NCBI GenBank assembly: GCA_051117555.1
Contig: JBNPEG010000024.1
Span: 1-17,391, forward strand
Length of the DNA: 17,391 nucleotides
Direction: 5' to 3'
Source: Elainellaceae cyanobacterium
Lineage (GTDB): Bacteria > Cyanobacteriota > Cyanobacteriia > CAZCXK01
Below the pieces are notes generated by a model. It worked only from the letters and a program-made list of their open reading frames with translations. It had not been told where the DNA came from and did not search any database. Made by a program: the position numbers and the translations under genes. Below are positions 17,191 to 17,391 of this stretch, piece by piece (position 1 is the stretch's first letter; the number at the start of each line of letters is the position of its first letter).

Positions 17191-17258
17191 GATTGACTGA
17201 CAAAAGATTCTGCATTGGGCGAGGAAATCTCGCCCCTACGGAATTTCGAACAATGTAG
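17191..17258. repeat. 68-bp REP-like hairpin element, copy 2
   Basis: Near-identical to 14795-14862, except the right arm reads CGCCCCTAC (reverse complement of GTAGGGGCG, a GTAG-type REP motif). Confidence 0.9.
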
Positions 17259-17267
17259 GGGGCAGGT

Positions 17268-17391
17268 TATAGCAACCTAAAATAGGTTGTGAACAAACAT
17301 TAGAATGAGGAGGAGTCGTTAAAGAGCATTTTAGACAAACTGATGGAGACCCTTGAACAGTTTATTGAGAGCAACCCGAAGCCCCGAGAAC
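17268..17391 (+). mobile_element. Left end and start of an IS630-family element (runs off window)
   Basis: End TATAGCAACCTAAAATAGGTTGTGAAC. ATG at 17343 gives METLEQFIESNPKPRE..., the N-terminus seen in cyanobacterial IS630 transposases. Confidence 0.75.

Overview
Cyanobacterial chromosome segment, judged from about 15 HIP1 GCGATCGC sites counted by eye and cyanobacteria-type genes. It has three blocks. (1) 1-3308 is a nested cluster of IS fragments: IS630 start, a possible TGT-type transposon end, an IS701/IS4-like transposase broken by a perfect 122-bp tandem duplication, an IS66 fragment joined in frame to an IS1182 fragment, and relic ends. (2) 3309-10883 is a conserved core block, with all CDS on the minus strand: hypothetical, DUF3253, gltA, sixA, DHH phosphoesterase, HNH nuclease and sucrose-phosphate synthase-type GT, followed by tRNA-Ser(GCT) on +. 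IS630-type MITE hairpins sit in two intergenic gaps. (3) 10884-17391 is a tRNA-anchored accessory region: an integrase remnant cut at a HIP1 site, an orphan LeuD-LeuC fused dehydratase, an AT-rich SH3 membrane protein, and a non-coding 21-bp-register repeat array containing an inverted unit. The array lies upstream of a 120-aa helical protein with a basic tail and two coiled-coil genes. Those three genes are bracketed by 68-bp REP-like direct repeats, and a new IS630 starts at the right edge. The best candidate for an undescribed system is the 21-bp array plus the 120-aa gene. All family assignments come from motif recognition, not database searches.
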